DNA of 64,000 bases from Oopsacas minuta. Lineage: Eukaryota > Animalia > Porifera. How positions within the stretch are numbered: the first letter of the stretch is position 1; the number at the start of each line of letters is the position of its first letter. Position numbers and translations under genes: made by a program. Positions 11,379 to 22,330 of the stretch are shown piece after piece. The stretch is taken from NCBI GenBank assembly GCA_024704765.1, contig JAKMXF010000330.1:124001-188000 (forward strand). Direction: 5' to 3'. A model generated the notes under the pieces. The model was not told the origin of the DNA. It made no database searches and saw nothing but the letters and a program-made list of their open reading frames with translations.

Positions 11379-14300
11379 TTAGTTTGGTAAAGACAAAGAT
11401 TTATAATCGTTGATCACTTGCTCAGCTTGGATAAATGTTTCAAATATGTCTTTCTCCTCCATTCCTTTCTCAGTGAAGTGATGTATATAAGCTCTGCTAT
11501 GGAATAGTTTCCATACAGATTTACTAGCTACTTCTAGGGCAGCCAGATGGAGCTGATCATTACTGACCAGAGTACAATGCTTATCATAGCTATTATAGTT
11601 ATGCACGTGATATCTATATAGAAGAGAAATCTGTAAGAAACGTTTATTATTATTGGAAACACTTCCTCTATTAACAAGTCCGCGGATTTGCCAGATGAAT
11701 TCACGGATAATACGGTTTGCTGTTACGTGATCTTCACTGTATTTATATTCCATATAAATCATTCAGCTGTCTTACCTGCACTACGATAGTAACTAACCTT
11801 GTTTGCAGAAGAGGACTAGATCTAGTAGTGTTAGAATACAGCTTGATATCTTCAAAAGGACCAGGATCCGCCAGGAACGAATCCTTACCCCTCAATATAA
11901 GATAGTTACCCAGAGATTTGTTTCTAATATGTTCTTGTGTCTTAGTGTATGACCAATCAAGTCCCAGGTCAATAGGAGAATTAGTTACAGACATCTGTCT
12001 TAATGTCTTAATGAGAGGCTCCCATAGAAAAGTACTGTAAGCATGGACTTCAGGCGTTATCAATGGAACTCCCCTTACACCCAATAGTTTGTAAGATGGA
12101 TCCCAACACAGATGTGAAATAATATCAGAAAGGGGTGTAATTAACGGTCGACAAATAGCACCTAGTCTTGACCATTCTAGATCCTGGCTAGGTTGAAATA
12201 TAGAGCCTAATAGATGAGCAATTACCTACAAGAAGATTTAATTTATAAATATTATTATCTAAGTTGGCTAATACGTTTTTTAATGAAGACGTATTACGTA
12301 TAATACGTATTATACGTAATACCTACAATTATTGATGACTTACAGCCTTGCTCTAAACGGCTATCCAGGGGTAACTAAGTACGCTGAATCCGAATTTCGC
12401 ATTCTCAAGTTTCTCAATGTAAATTTGTTGCTGTTGTTTTTATGAATATAAAGTAAACAAATTTCAAAATTGAGGTAGAATCATACTTTCAACGACTATC
12501 CTGGTATACTCGAGTACGTTGAGTCTGAATATTGTAAACAACATCAATATTATTAAATCTCTATTGATGTTTGCCTGTTGTTTGTCCGTTGAATACCTCT
12601 AGGCGCAATGCGCCGAGTTCATCGCGAAGCGACGAGCCAAAGGCTCGTTAAATAATAATAGAATAAGTTAAACCTTGACCAAAGGTTAAACTAATTTGAA
12701 CATTTATATTAATATAAGTAATTATACACCTAATATAATTATTTTTGACTATTTGATATTAAGTCATATTACCGAGGCACTGACGTATCCCTACCTTAGT
12801 CTAACACTTATAAATAACAGAAATATCAAATTAATAAACATAAAATAGTCCTCTGAATATTCTATTTTTAAAACAATTGTCTATCAATTGAATGTTTCTG
12901 AGATTGAATACACAAATCTTGTCTATTATCATCCTATCAGCTGTACTTGTGCTGGGTGCAGAGACAAGAGGATATTTGGAACTACAGGAAGTAATACTTA
13001 CTCAATGCAATAATACAAGAGTTTGTAAAGTCTCTTTGAATGAAAGTGAGTATATTCTTACAAAGAATGTATATCTTGACAATAAAACGTTGGATAGCTT
13101 AGAGCTGATAGGCGTAGGGTATAAGACTAGAGTAATTTGTGATCATTACACCATGAATGAACACGCTAAGAACAACACCATGATATCTATCTACGGGTTG
13201 GAAGAAGTATATTTCTATCAGCTACATTTCCACAACTGTCATCCTGCACGGATAATTCCTATGAAGATTGAAGTGAAATGTCCGATAAATTTTCTCCCTG
13301 GTTGTCCAACTGAGGGAGGAGTTAGAAAGAGTACTGTTTTACCAGAAGAGAACAAAATGAGGAAATTTGAAAAGTTTGAATTCGGAAATGATAGTTCTGA
13401 GGGGTCGCATCATAAACTAAACAGTAACAACGTTCATAAAGTGAATGCTACTATCTGGATAAAGAATTGTAAACACATACATATTGAGTACGTTAGCTTT
13501 AACAACTTCAGTTATAACGCCATTCAAATTACAGACTCCAAGAATACCAATCTCACATCAGTGTTTCTATACGGAAAGAGCAGCCGTGTGGCTACTGGCT
13601 ATCACGCAAGAGGAGTGCTATACGAAATAACAGACAGAACTCATCAATATACAGATTTCACATTGAACATTACAAAATCATTCTTGGAAGATATTGCAAC
13701 AGTATCTCATGACATTGAATTTAACTTATCCGGTAGCAATACTATATCAGACATAGATGATCACTATGGAGGAGGTGGTATTAAAATATCAATAATGTCA
13801 GCAGTAGAATCCAGGATACAAATAACAAGATGTTATTTCAAGAGCTGTGTTGCTCTACAAGGTAGCGGTATACTCCTGCTTACTACTGAGAAAGTACAGA
13901 AGTATCAACTTGTTATTAATAATTCTAAATTTGAAAGGAACAAAGCTTTTATACCAAATTTGTTGAATCCATCTGGAGGAGCTATAATGATCAAGCAGAG
14001 ATCAGATAATGGGAACATCACGATAACTAATAGTGTGTTCAAAAGTAATTGCGCTAACCAAGGAGGAGCCATAGGATTAAACATACAAGAGAATAACATA
14101 CATCATATAGTATTACATTCTCAAAATAATCTCTTCAGCTGTAATAATGCTAATCTAGGAGGAGCACTATACATTGAAAATAATTTTCAAAAAGTTAACG
14201 AATTTAAGTTCAAAGAGACAAACTTTACTAAGAACATTGCTCTGACTGGTGGAGCAATCCTCGGGTTCAACTCAAATATTAAAATTATCAACTCCACTCT

Positions 14301-17300
14301 ATCTCTAAACAAAGGGAATCTAGGTGGAGCTATAGCACTCATCAGTAGTCTGTTATCATTTGAGGATAATACTTCAATATCAAATAATTCAGCAGAGCTA
14401 AAGGGTGGAGCTATCTATATGACCGCATACTCTAAGATACATGTTAGAGACTATGCGTATGTACTGATTAAGGGGAATGTGGTGAAATACAAAGGAGGAG
14501 GAATATTCGTATTCAATCAATACGAAGAATACACTTATGGAGACTGGTCAAACCACATGCATCTGTTGGAAGATATTTTCTGTTTTATAACTTTTGGAGA
14601 GACTAAAGGTTTAATGCTTGATTTCCAGGATAATAGCATAAAGCTACATACCCACTCAGCTAATACGAACACTCCTTGTATGGGGCCAGATCTGTTCGCG
14701 AACACATGGGGGGCTTGCTTGAGTAAGAGAAAAAGATTTTCACTAATGCATACAAACTCTACGAATCTAGCAACAAATAATAAAGAAACAAACTGTAGTG
14801 TAGCATTAGATATTTCTAGATATGAAAAACTAGATTTCATCAATGAATCACTCTGCTATTTCAATAGCTTCAATAACAGGTATCAACCTTACTGCCACAC
14901 CGATACTATAGATATTGATTCATTCCCAAACTACAAGAGGAGATTGAAATTAGAAGCAAAGAAAGCTATAAATAGATTCATAGGTCAGATTCGTATTCCC
15001 AGCAAAGTGTATGTTATCTATCCAGGATTTGAGACGTCAATAACAATAGCTAGTATAGACAGTCAAAATCAATCAATATTAACAGACACAGTAATTCAGT
15101 TCGAACAAACTGAACAGAATACAAAGCACGAAATCAAGTTCAAGTTTGGGGAAATATTAACCGATTCGATAGTCACACCCTCCTCCACAAGAGTATATTT
15201 CAGTTTAACGAATAGCATAGACGATTGGGTACATGGAAAATTATGTCTAAAATCAAAATTGTCAATGAACATCATCAACTATTGCATACCAATAATATTA
15301 TCAAAATGTATGCCAGGATTCGAACTGGAAGAGAACAGATGTCAGGTTATGGCGGGGAGTCACATAGCAGGAGTTAAAGGAACAAATGTAACCACAGATA
15401 GGAACGTTATGATGGTGGTGAGAGAGAACGAGGACACAGATGTATTCGATTACGTTCATTGTACTTGGTTTCAATGCAAGTGTGACTCTATTGGTTCAGT
15501 AGAGAATTGCACGTTCAATATTTTGAAGCCACAAGATCAATGCAAAGATTGGTTAAAGGGTAAATACTGTACAGAGAGTAAAATACCAAACCACACAGTA
15601 GCACCAACTTATAGTTTCTTCCATCTACTCACAGATAGATACAGTTTCCAATGCAGAGCACCATGGTTAATGCTCATTCTCTATTTCATAATCTGTGCAG
15701 GAATACTAGCAGTTATAATGTTAGCTAGAATAGATATATTCGCAGACTATACAAGAAGCATTACATTCTATTCAGGGATATTATTCCTTATGACACTCAG
15801 CTGTGGAGACAGCGGAGACGAATTCTTCCAGAAACTAATCACAATCCCTATAGTTGTCCTTAATCTTAAAGTAACACATATGTATCGATTCTGTAGCTCC
15901 CAAACTAATGCTGTCAATCAAGCTATCTTTGAATTATATGCTCCTCTTATATTCGTATTCTACACAGCGGTAATATTCCTGTCTGCAAAGTATTTCTCTA
16001 ACAGAAGAATTATGAAGATATATAGAATTGATCACAGAATAATCATAAGTCAATTCTTAACTGCATTAATCCTTCTATACACAAACTTGTGTAGTGGAGC
16101 GTTCTTAGTATTCAAATGTCCACAAGATTCAAACAAGAGCATGCGATGGGTACTGAATAGCAATATAATTTGTTTTCAGGGAGAACACGCACATTTATCA
16201 ATTGCAGCTATATTTATACTCTACCTCCTATCTGTCATACCCTTCCTACTAATAACTATGAGTTGTACTGACATGGCTGGTAAAGACCATCTAGTGTCTA
16301 TCTACGAGAAGAAGTACAATATCAATTACAAGCACTGGGAACCTATAAAGATGTTCCTGAGATTCGGAATAGCTATGTTGTTAATATTACCAAGTGAATT
16401 TGACACATTTACATATCCATGTGTAATAGTATCAGTTATCTGTCTCCTGCTAATGATAGCTAATTCACTCCTACAACCCTCAATAAACAGTTGTGCAAAC
16501 CATTTCGAGTCTCTTTGTCTGCTCGTGCTGGCATTCACTGGAATTCGTGTGAGTACACAATTCAACGAAGAGTTCTCTAGCCTCTTGTTGACGCTGCCTT
16601 TCTGCATATTCCTGGTCATTAAAGGAAGCAAACTGATCATTATTTGCGTGAGAAAGGTTAAAGGAAAATGGAGAAAAAAGAAAATAGATGTGTAATATAT
16701 GTTTATAAAGTAAAAGGTTACTGTATTGAGATATAAAAATTTGATATTTTAATTTTAGATTCGTTGAAAGGATATTCGCTGTAGGAAATTTCCCTAGTTG
16801 GAAAATGGTCTACGAATACGGCCGGTATTTTACCGAGGAGGCCAAATAGAGCCGATTCAATTTTGAAATTTGTACATGAAGTAACATTCATACCAGAATT
16901 CGCTCAGACTACGTAGCCGTTCTCACAGCCCTACTGCATATGGTTTAGACACTTTATAATTAATGGCATTAATATGTACTTAACCGTTCATCAAAATGTA
17001 ATTATATATAACCTGGTTCATGTCTGGTAATGAGAAATCCTTCAACCCTAGTACACGTGAACAAATAGAATGCACATGATCATTCTGTATAGTTAATATA
17101 CCATCAGAGCTTCTGTATAGGGAAGCTAGTGTAAAGATAAGGTTGTAATCTTGAATGATTACGTCACGAGAGGACATATGAGGCCAGATAAGCTGACTCA
17201 TCCTGTACTTCCTTGTGTACTCGTCTCTCAGAGCTTCGGACACTAACGATCCTAGTCCAGACCCCGTACCCCCAGCTCCACTCATAAAAGTAATAAATCC

Positions 17301-18528
17301 TTCCAGACAGTCGCACCTCTCCACCTCCCTTCGGACATTCTCCATTACATGGGGAAGCATAGTAGGACCATTGGTATAGTAACCGAGAGCCCAGTTGTTC
17401 CCGGACCCGTGTTTGATGAAGGATTCATCTTTTGACTATATAATTAGGATTACTTAAAACAATACTTTTCTTATACAATTTACATTAGATGTCCGCTATC
17501 TCGAATCCTCAGGGAAAGTAACTTATGTTCGAGATAGTGAATGTTCCAAAAGATCTAAAACTAAGTAATGCGATGGCAGATGCTTATAAGATTAGATGTC
17601 ATGAATGAAATTACAGAGTTACACTAAAAACATGGATTGATTGGATAGCAATATATATTCTGAATTTGTAGTCCTCTAAACTCAAATTTTCGTTCTTATT
17701 AATACAACGAAATGTCAAAAATGGACTCTTACTTACTCGATTACCCCTAACTAGTCATTCAAACGAAATATCTAGCATCTTTTGAATTATTAGTAAAAAG
17801 GTGTGAAATATGATTAACCATATGATAAAATTTGTAACTTTCAGACTCTGAAATTTTCAAAATCGGACTCTGCGCACCCAATTACCCCTGACATGTTGTG
17901 GAAACCTAATCTCTAGCTTTTAAGGTATTGTACATAGAAGGTGTGAAAATATGATTGATCACCGAAAGGTGTGAACACAGCCTTAAGCGCTAAATTGTTT
18001 TCAATTAAATAGGAGCGCGCTCCAGGTCCCGCTATCCAAAATAGGGGCGGGTTGCTCTAATGCTCTGGGTATGAAATATTCACTTTATAAAAAAGTTCAA
18101 AATGTATATTCATACCAATATTCATATTAATTGTACTGCTAGATTTCGCACGGCCGCTCGGACGGAAGTAAGGAGGTCACACATCGTCCATGCCATTAGT
18201 ACATCTCCCTATAGGAGCTGCACTAAAAACAAGCTCTTATCACAAATGTATCTAATATTACCTCAGGATATGACCAAGAAGAATGCTTGTGAACATGACG
18301 ATACATTTGTTGGACAGCTTTAGACTCCGTATCCACAAGAACTGCCCTAGCACAAGGAGTGTTGTACTCCTGAGTGCTAAATGGTCGGAAGAACCTCTGG
18401 AGAGAGGTTTGTGCATATAGACTTTTCCCACGCTCATTAGCACGCTTAGCATCTTCATGTATGCAATTTAAAAAGGCCTGCCCTACTTGATTCCCGCACT
18501 GTCCTACCTGTATACAAACTAGAGACAT
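11379..18528 (-). CDS. TUBD1: Delta-tubulin, 4 exons: 18528-18262, 17435-17013, 12225-11798, 11613-11379
   Basis: QVGQCGNQVG, ARAVLVDTESK, GSGNNWALGY, MSGAGGTGSGLGS, VIAHLLGSIFQP, LILRGKD, WKLFHSRAYIHHF...EQVINDY. All junctions are GT-AG and phase-consistent; intron 2 (17012-12226) is about 4.8 kb. Confidence 0.9.
12892..16695 (+). CDS. Large membrane protein: signal peptide, pectin-lyase/polymorphic-membrane-protein-like beta-helix ectodomain, Cys-rich stalk, about 7-9 TM helices; nested antisense in TUBD1 intron 2
   Basis: 1267-aa single ORF with repeated FxxN...GGA[IL] motifs (FERNKA..GGAI, FKSNCANQGGAI, FSCNNANLGGAL, FTKNIALTGGAI), a Cys-rich region and multiple hydrophobic helices from about aa 925 to the end. 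Confidence 0.8.
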   Translation: MFLRLNTQILSIIILSAVLVLGAETRGYLELQEVILTQCNNTRVCKVSLNESEYILTKNVYLDNKTLDSLELIGVGYKTRVICDHYTMNEHAKNNTMISIYGLEEVYFYQLHFHNCHPARIIPMKIEVKCPINFLPGCPTEGGVRKSTVLPEENKMRKFEKFEFGNDSSEGSHHKLNSNNVHKVNATIWIKNCKHIHIEYVSFNNFSYNAIQITDSKNTNLTSVFLYGKSSRVATGYHARGVLYEITDRTHQYTDFTLNITKSFLEDIATVSHDIEFNLSGSNTISDIDDHYGGGGIKISIMSAVESRIQITRCYFKSCVALQGSGILLLTTEKVQKYQLVINNSKFERNKAFIPNLLNPSGGAIMIKQRSDNGNITITNSVFKSNCANQGGAIGLNIQENNIHHIVLHSQNNLFSCNNANLGGALYIENNFQKVNEFKFKETNFTKNIALTGGAILGFNSNIKIINSTLSLNKGNLGGAIALISSLLSFEDNTSISNNSAELKGGAIYMTAYSKIHVRDYAYVLIKGNVVKYKGGGIFVFNQYEEYTYGDWSNHMHLLEDIFCFITFGETKGLMLDFQDNSIKLHTHSANTNTPCMGPDLFANTWGACLSKRKRFSLMHTNSTNLATNNKETNCSVALDISRYEKLDFINESLCYFNSFNNRYQPYCHTDTIDIDSFPNYKRRLKLEAKKAINRFIGQIRIPSKVYVIYPGFETSITIASIDSQNQSILTDTVIQFEQTEQNTKHEIKFKFGEILTDSIVTPSSTRVYFSLTNSIDDWVHGKLCLKSKLSMNIINYCIPIILSKCMPGFELEENRCQVMAGSHIAGVKGTNVTTDRNVMMVVRENEDTDVFDYVHCTWFQCKCDSIGSVENCTFNILKPQDQCKDWLKGKYCTESKIPNHTVAPTYSFFHLLTDRYSFQCRAPWLMLILYFIICAGILAVIMLARIDIFADYTRSITFYSGILFLMTLSCGDSGDEFFQKLITIPIVVLNLKVTHMYRFCSSQTNAVNQAIFELYAPLIFVFYTAVIFLSAKYFSNRRIMKIYRIDHRIIISQFLTALILLYTNLCSGAFLVFKCPQDSNKSMRWVLNSNIICFQGEHAHLSIAAIFILYLLSVIPFLLITMSCTDMAGKDHLVSIYEKKYNINYKHWEPIKMFLRFGIAMLLILPSEFDTFTYPCVIVSVICLLLMIANSLLQPSINSCANHFESLCLLVLAFTGIRVSTQFNEEFSSLLLTLPFCIFLVIKGSKLIIICVRKVKGKWRKKKIDV
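17740..17990. repeat. Dispersed repeat copy, related to 27810-28110
   Basis: Shared blocks such as TTTGTAACTTTCAG, GGACTCT.CGCACCCAATTACCCCTGACATG and ATATGATTAACCATATGATAA occur at both sites in the same orientation; boundaries approximate. Confidence 0.6.
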
Positions 18529-19274
18529 TACCTACGCGACATAAGAATAAGATATTGTGGAAATGAATTATGTTAACTCCATCAGAACGAATAATTAATT
18601 CTAAACATTTTTTTAGAAAACTAAGAAGATTTAGAGATAAATAAAATAATTAGAAGTTGGTATTAAATTTTGAATCAGAATTAAGAGTTAATAGCAACCA
18701 GTAAATCAGTTGAAACTTGAAAGGAGTTAAACTCAGATTTTCGAGAGTATACAATATGGCTAATAAATGGTGAGAAATTAATAGGTTGCAAATATTAGAG
18801 ATACTAAGAAGAATAAATTCATAAAGAAATAGGAACAGAACTAGAAGATTTGAGGAGATCTATTCTGGGATTGACACACTACTATAATTCTATTTTGATT
18901 GCCTAATGTGATTCCCATTGGTAGATCAGAAACTGTAATTCTGTGAATAGATTTACAGTCTGTATTGTAAATAGGAATAGAATTATACGTTGGAGGCTTC
19001 AGCCTCATTAGCCCCAATGATAATCCGCCACTGCTGATCCGAACTATAAATTACCTACAGGACTACTACGTACGGACCTATTTGTTTGTGCAATAGATGT
19101 TAATCATGAAACACAGTCACAGTTAAAAGTGGTAAATCACAGCTATCGCAGAGCCCTGGATAAGATGCGCACACCCATTGAACGCTTCTACCTACAGTAT
19201 AGGAAAACGAACATGCACTCCACACTGGCCAACCGGTACTGTCTCTAGAACTAGAAGTATTGTCTTTCTATAAG

Positions 19275-19681
19275 TAGGACATTAGGATCGTATGATCATT
19301 GATCGCTCGATCACGATCGCGATACGTTTTTGACGATCTGGAGACCATCGGCGATCATTGTTTTATTAAGGATCGGATGTAAGATCGTGATCCTTTTTTG
19401 CACAAAAATTTTCGATCATTTTTGTATAATTTGAATGCTACTATTATTAGCGTTATTTATACTTAGGTAATTATTCCAAATCTGTGTTCAACAATCAGTA
19501 ATACTCGTTCGTAGAATGCGTTGATTCTCCACCTATGTTTCTTTTGGCATAAGAAATGATGTAACTATCAAAAAATGTACGTCTTGAATATTACACAAAT
19601 GATCGGGATCTCCGATCATAATTTCACCTAAGATCGGGATCGGGATTGCGATCTTGTTTAACACGATCGACTAATGCCTTA
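19275..19681. mobile_element. GATC-rich MITE, hAT-like (8-bp TSD)
   Basis: Direct repeat TCTATAAG at 19267-19274 and 19682-19689; imperfect TIRs TAGGACATTAG / TAAGGCATTAG; 18 GATC copies clustered in the two subterminal regions. Confidence 0.65.
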
Positions 19682-19799
19682 TCTATAAGTAACCATATGA
19701 GGATGCATTGCGAGTGGGTAGAACACGAGTAGTTAGTTCGAGAAAGTTCCACAAGCAATTCAAGAGCCAAACGAGCAACTTCACCCAAATCCACTAGCT

Positions 19800-20900
19800 G
19801 AGTAACATTCTCTCTCCCCGCGGGTTAGCCATCACCTCCATAATGATGAATCAATAAAGTTTTTCAATATAATATTCCGTACTTATGAATTCATTAGCAT
19901 TCTCCATCAGAGTAAGCTGTATAGAAAACAACAGAAGAAATGTAACGGGGAGAGGCTACCTTACGATGAGATTCGCTGCTTCATTGGACTCCTAATGTCT
20001 ACGTCACTTGTAAAGATGCCTAATCGACGAGCCTACTTCGGTGAAACGAAAATATTCTACTTACCAAAATTCAGAGCCCACACTACCCGCGATCGTTTCG
20101 AACAGCTGTTAAACATGTTACACTTGGCAAATATTGAACAACTCCCAAGCACATTCAAACACGCAGAAATCTTTGAAGCCAAACTTGGCAGTATACTTAC
20201 AGCTATCAATCTTTATGTCCCTCATCACACAAGCTAGATCACTCTCCATTGATGAAATGATGGTCAAATTATGCGGTCAATGTGTAAATATGGCACCAAA
20301 CTCTTGTCCATCTGCTGTGCCTGTTGTGGTTACTCTCTCACTCAGAACATGTACCTGAGTAACACAGCTGAATCGGTAGGAGGATATGATGTCGTGGGTA
20401 CAACTGTCAGAGCCTTTCTTAGATAAAGGTCATGTCATTTATTGTGAGTTTGTGACAGATTCTTCTCTTATATGGATCTAGCTGCTTACCTTCACTCCTG
20501 TCAGACTGGTATGGTCAGTACCTCATCGTTCACCACTCCTTCATGATCTGGACTATCTTGTTAGTAATATGCAACAACTCACCTCGGCATACAAGTGAAG
20601 AACCTGTGGCCTCCTTATCTGGATGGATAAGAAGTATAAAACCGAAAATAAAAAGTAGTTTTCATCACTAATTGTCTACTGCCATTCCATTTCGCCTCAA
20701 ATCCAATGTCATTGAAGAACATTCGTGATGCTAATTATCATTACACTAAACAGCTGCCCAACCAGTCGATGGAAAAGATTATCCATCGATATTTGAAGCC
20801 AAAGCTGGACATTGCATCATCTGTAAAATACAAAACATACTGCATGTAGAGCCTGTAAGCAAAGATATTGCTATAAATGTGGGACTCACCTAACCTAATT
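19800..20900 (+). pseudogene. Degenerate piggyBac-type transposase remnant
   Basis: Fragments across frames: SLVKMPNRRAYF...RDRFEQLLNMLHLAN, LSIDEMMVK, EPFLDKGHVIY, WMDKK and the C-terminal Cys-rich ACRACKQRYCYKCG; several stops, frameshifts and deletions. No TIRs found; boundaries approximate. Confidence 0.75.
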
Positions 20901-21728
20901 TTAGAGAGTGCAAGTGATAGTGAATTTGATCTTTGAGTTTATGCTGCAAATAGTTTACATAATTTATTTGTGTATTGAACTATGTTAGTGTAAGGTTTTT
21001 GATTTACTGATTTATTGCATTGTTTTTCCGTACGTAAGTAGTGTATATTGTCAGTGCATTATGAGCAATCAATTATGTATACGTAACAGCTGTTAGCTGA
21101 AAACTTCAATTTAGCTTTATATCAGTTTATCATACGAATATACAAACGCTTTAAGAGACCAGGCCCCACCAGAGAGTTCTCCACTGTAAATTCGCAAAGA
21201 GCAAAAGAGAGGGGCCTCAAATTTTAGCCTGCGCCATGGCCATGGCGCAGACGGCTCTTAATACGGCCCTCCACAAGAGTCCTGCGATCCTGGGCGGCCC
21301 GTCACTACTGGCTCAGGATTATATCATAGTGAATTGATCTGTAATTCGTAATTTCGTACAGAAATTCATATTTTTGCTACTGAAGTGCCCTAGAATAGAA
21401 TTGTGAGGGCATGTGCCCCCTTGCCCTATGGCACGAGGCCACTGCCATTCTATTTAGAATCTTAGATGCTCTGAGATTGATTCGCACAACTCTGACATCA
21501 ATTGAATAACATGCTCAAATTAACCAATACAGGTTCTCAAAACACTTACTATTTCCTCCCGCTCGCCATCACACGATACACCTTCAATGTCACACTATCT
21601 TGTAATGTGTTGTAAATCAAAACTTCTAAACGATCACTTTCCTTATACTGATTTAGTGATTTATAGTTTTTCTACTCTCTGAAACAGTCTTATATTGTTT
21701 TAGGCAAGCTAGGAGGTGTTTCTAACTA

Positions 21729-22002
21729 CAGTATACCCTCGCTAATCCGAACACCACTGTTCTGATTGCACAATATAATACATTCGGATTAGTGAAATGC
21801 ATTGAAACAATACTATAGAATCTGGAAGGACATTTTTCGAAAGTTATACAAACGATGGAATGGGGCTAACATGCGTATTATAGTATTAGATATTGATCTG
21901 TAGTAGAATTGGATGTACATCGGCAATTTTTTACGTTTGAAACAATTTCCTCCAAAGATTGTATAAGGTCTAGGCCCTATTCGGATTAGCGAGGGTCTAC
22001 TG
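21729..22002. mobile_element. Tc1/mariner (pogo/Tigger-type) MITE, 274 bp
   Basis: 23-bp TIR CAGTA[T/G]ACCCTCGCTAATCCGAA (22/23 match) flanked by TA at 21727-21728 and 22003-22004. Confidence 0.85.
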
Positions 22003-22330
22003 TAACTAGAACAGGATTGGGTCTGGATATGTTATTTCTGTAGAATAATTTGTATCTCCGACATAAAGATGTTAGTATACAGAAATATGTGCAGAAATCC
22101 AAAAACTCTTTTTCTGGATTGGAAAATGCAATTCCACAGATGTCTTCCAAACACGAGGAAGTTGAATGTAAATGACTAAGAAATATAATATTACGGATAA
22201 CTGAAAAAAGTAAACTGACTTTGTCAAATATACAACGATAATAAAACTAATCAAAATCACAAACGAAATAATATTATTCATACAAAAATAAAAAAATCAA
22301 GCAAAATTACACAAGAATAAAAGGAATAAT

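Noticed and set aside
12600-12650. GCGCCGAGTTCATCGCGAAG block shared with about 63222-63241
   Set aside because: Real short repeat but too small to classify; probably a TE terminal fragment.
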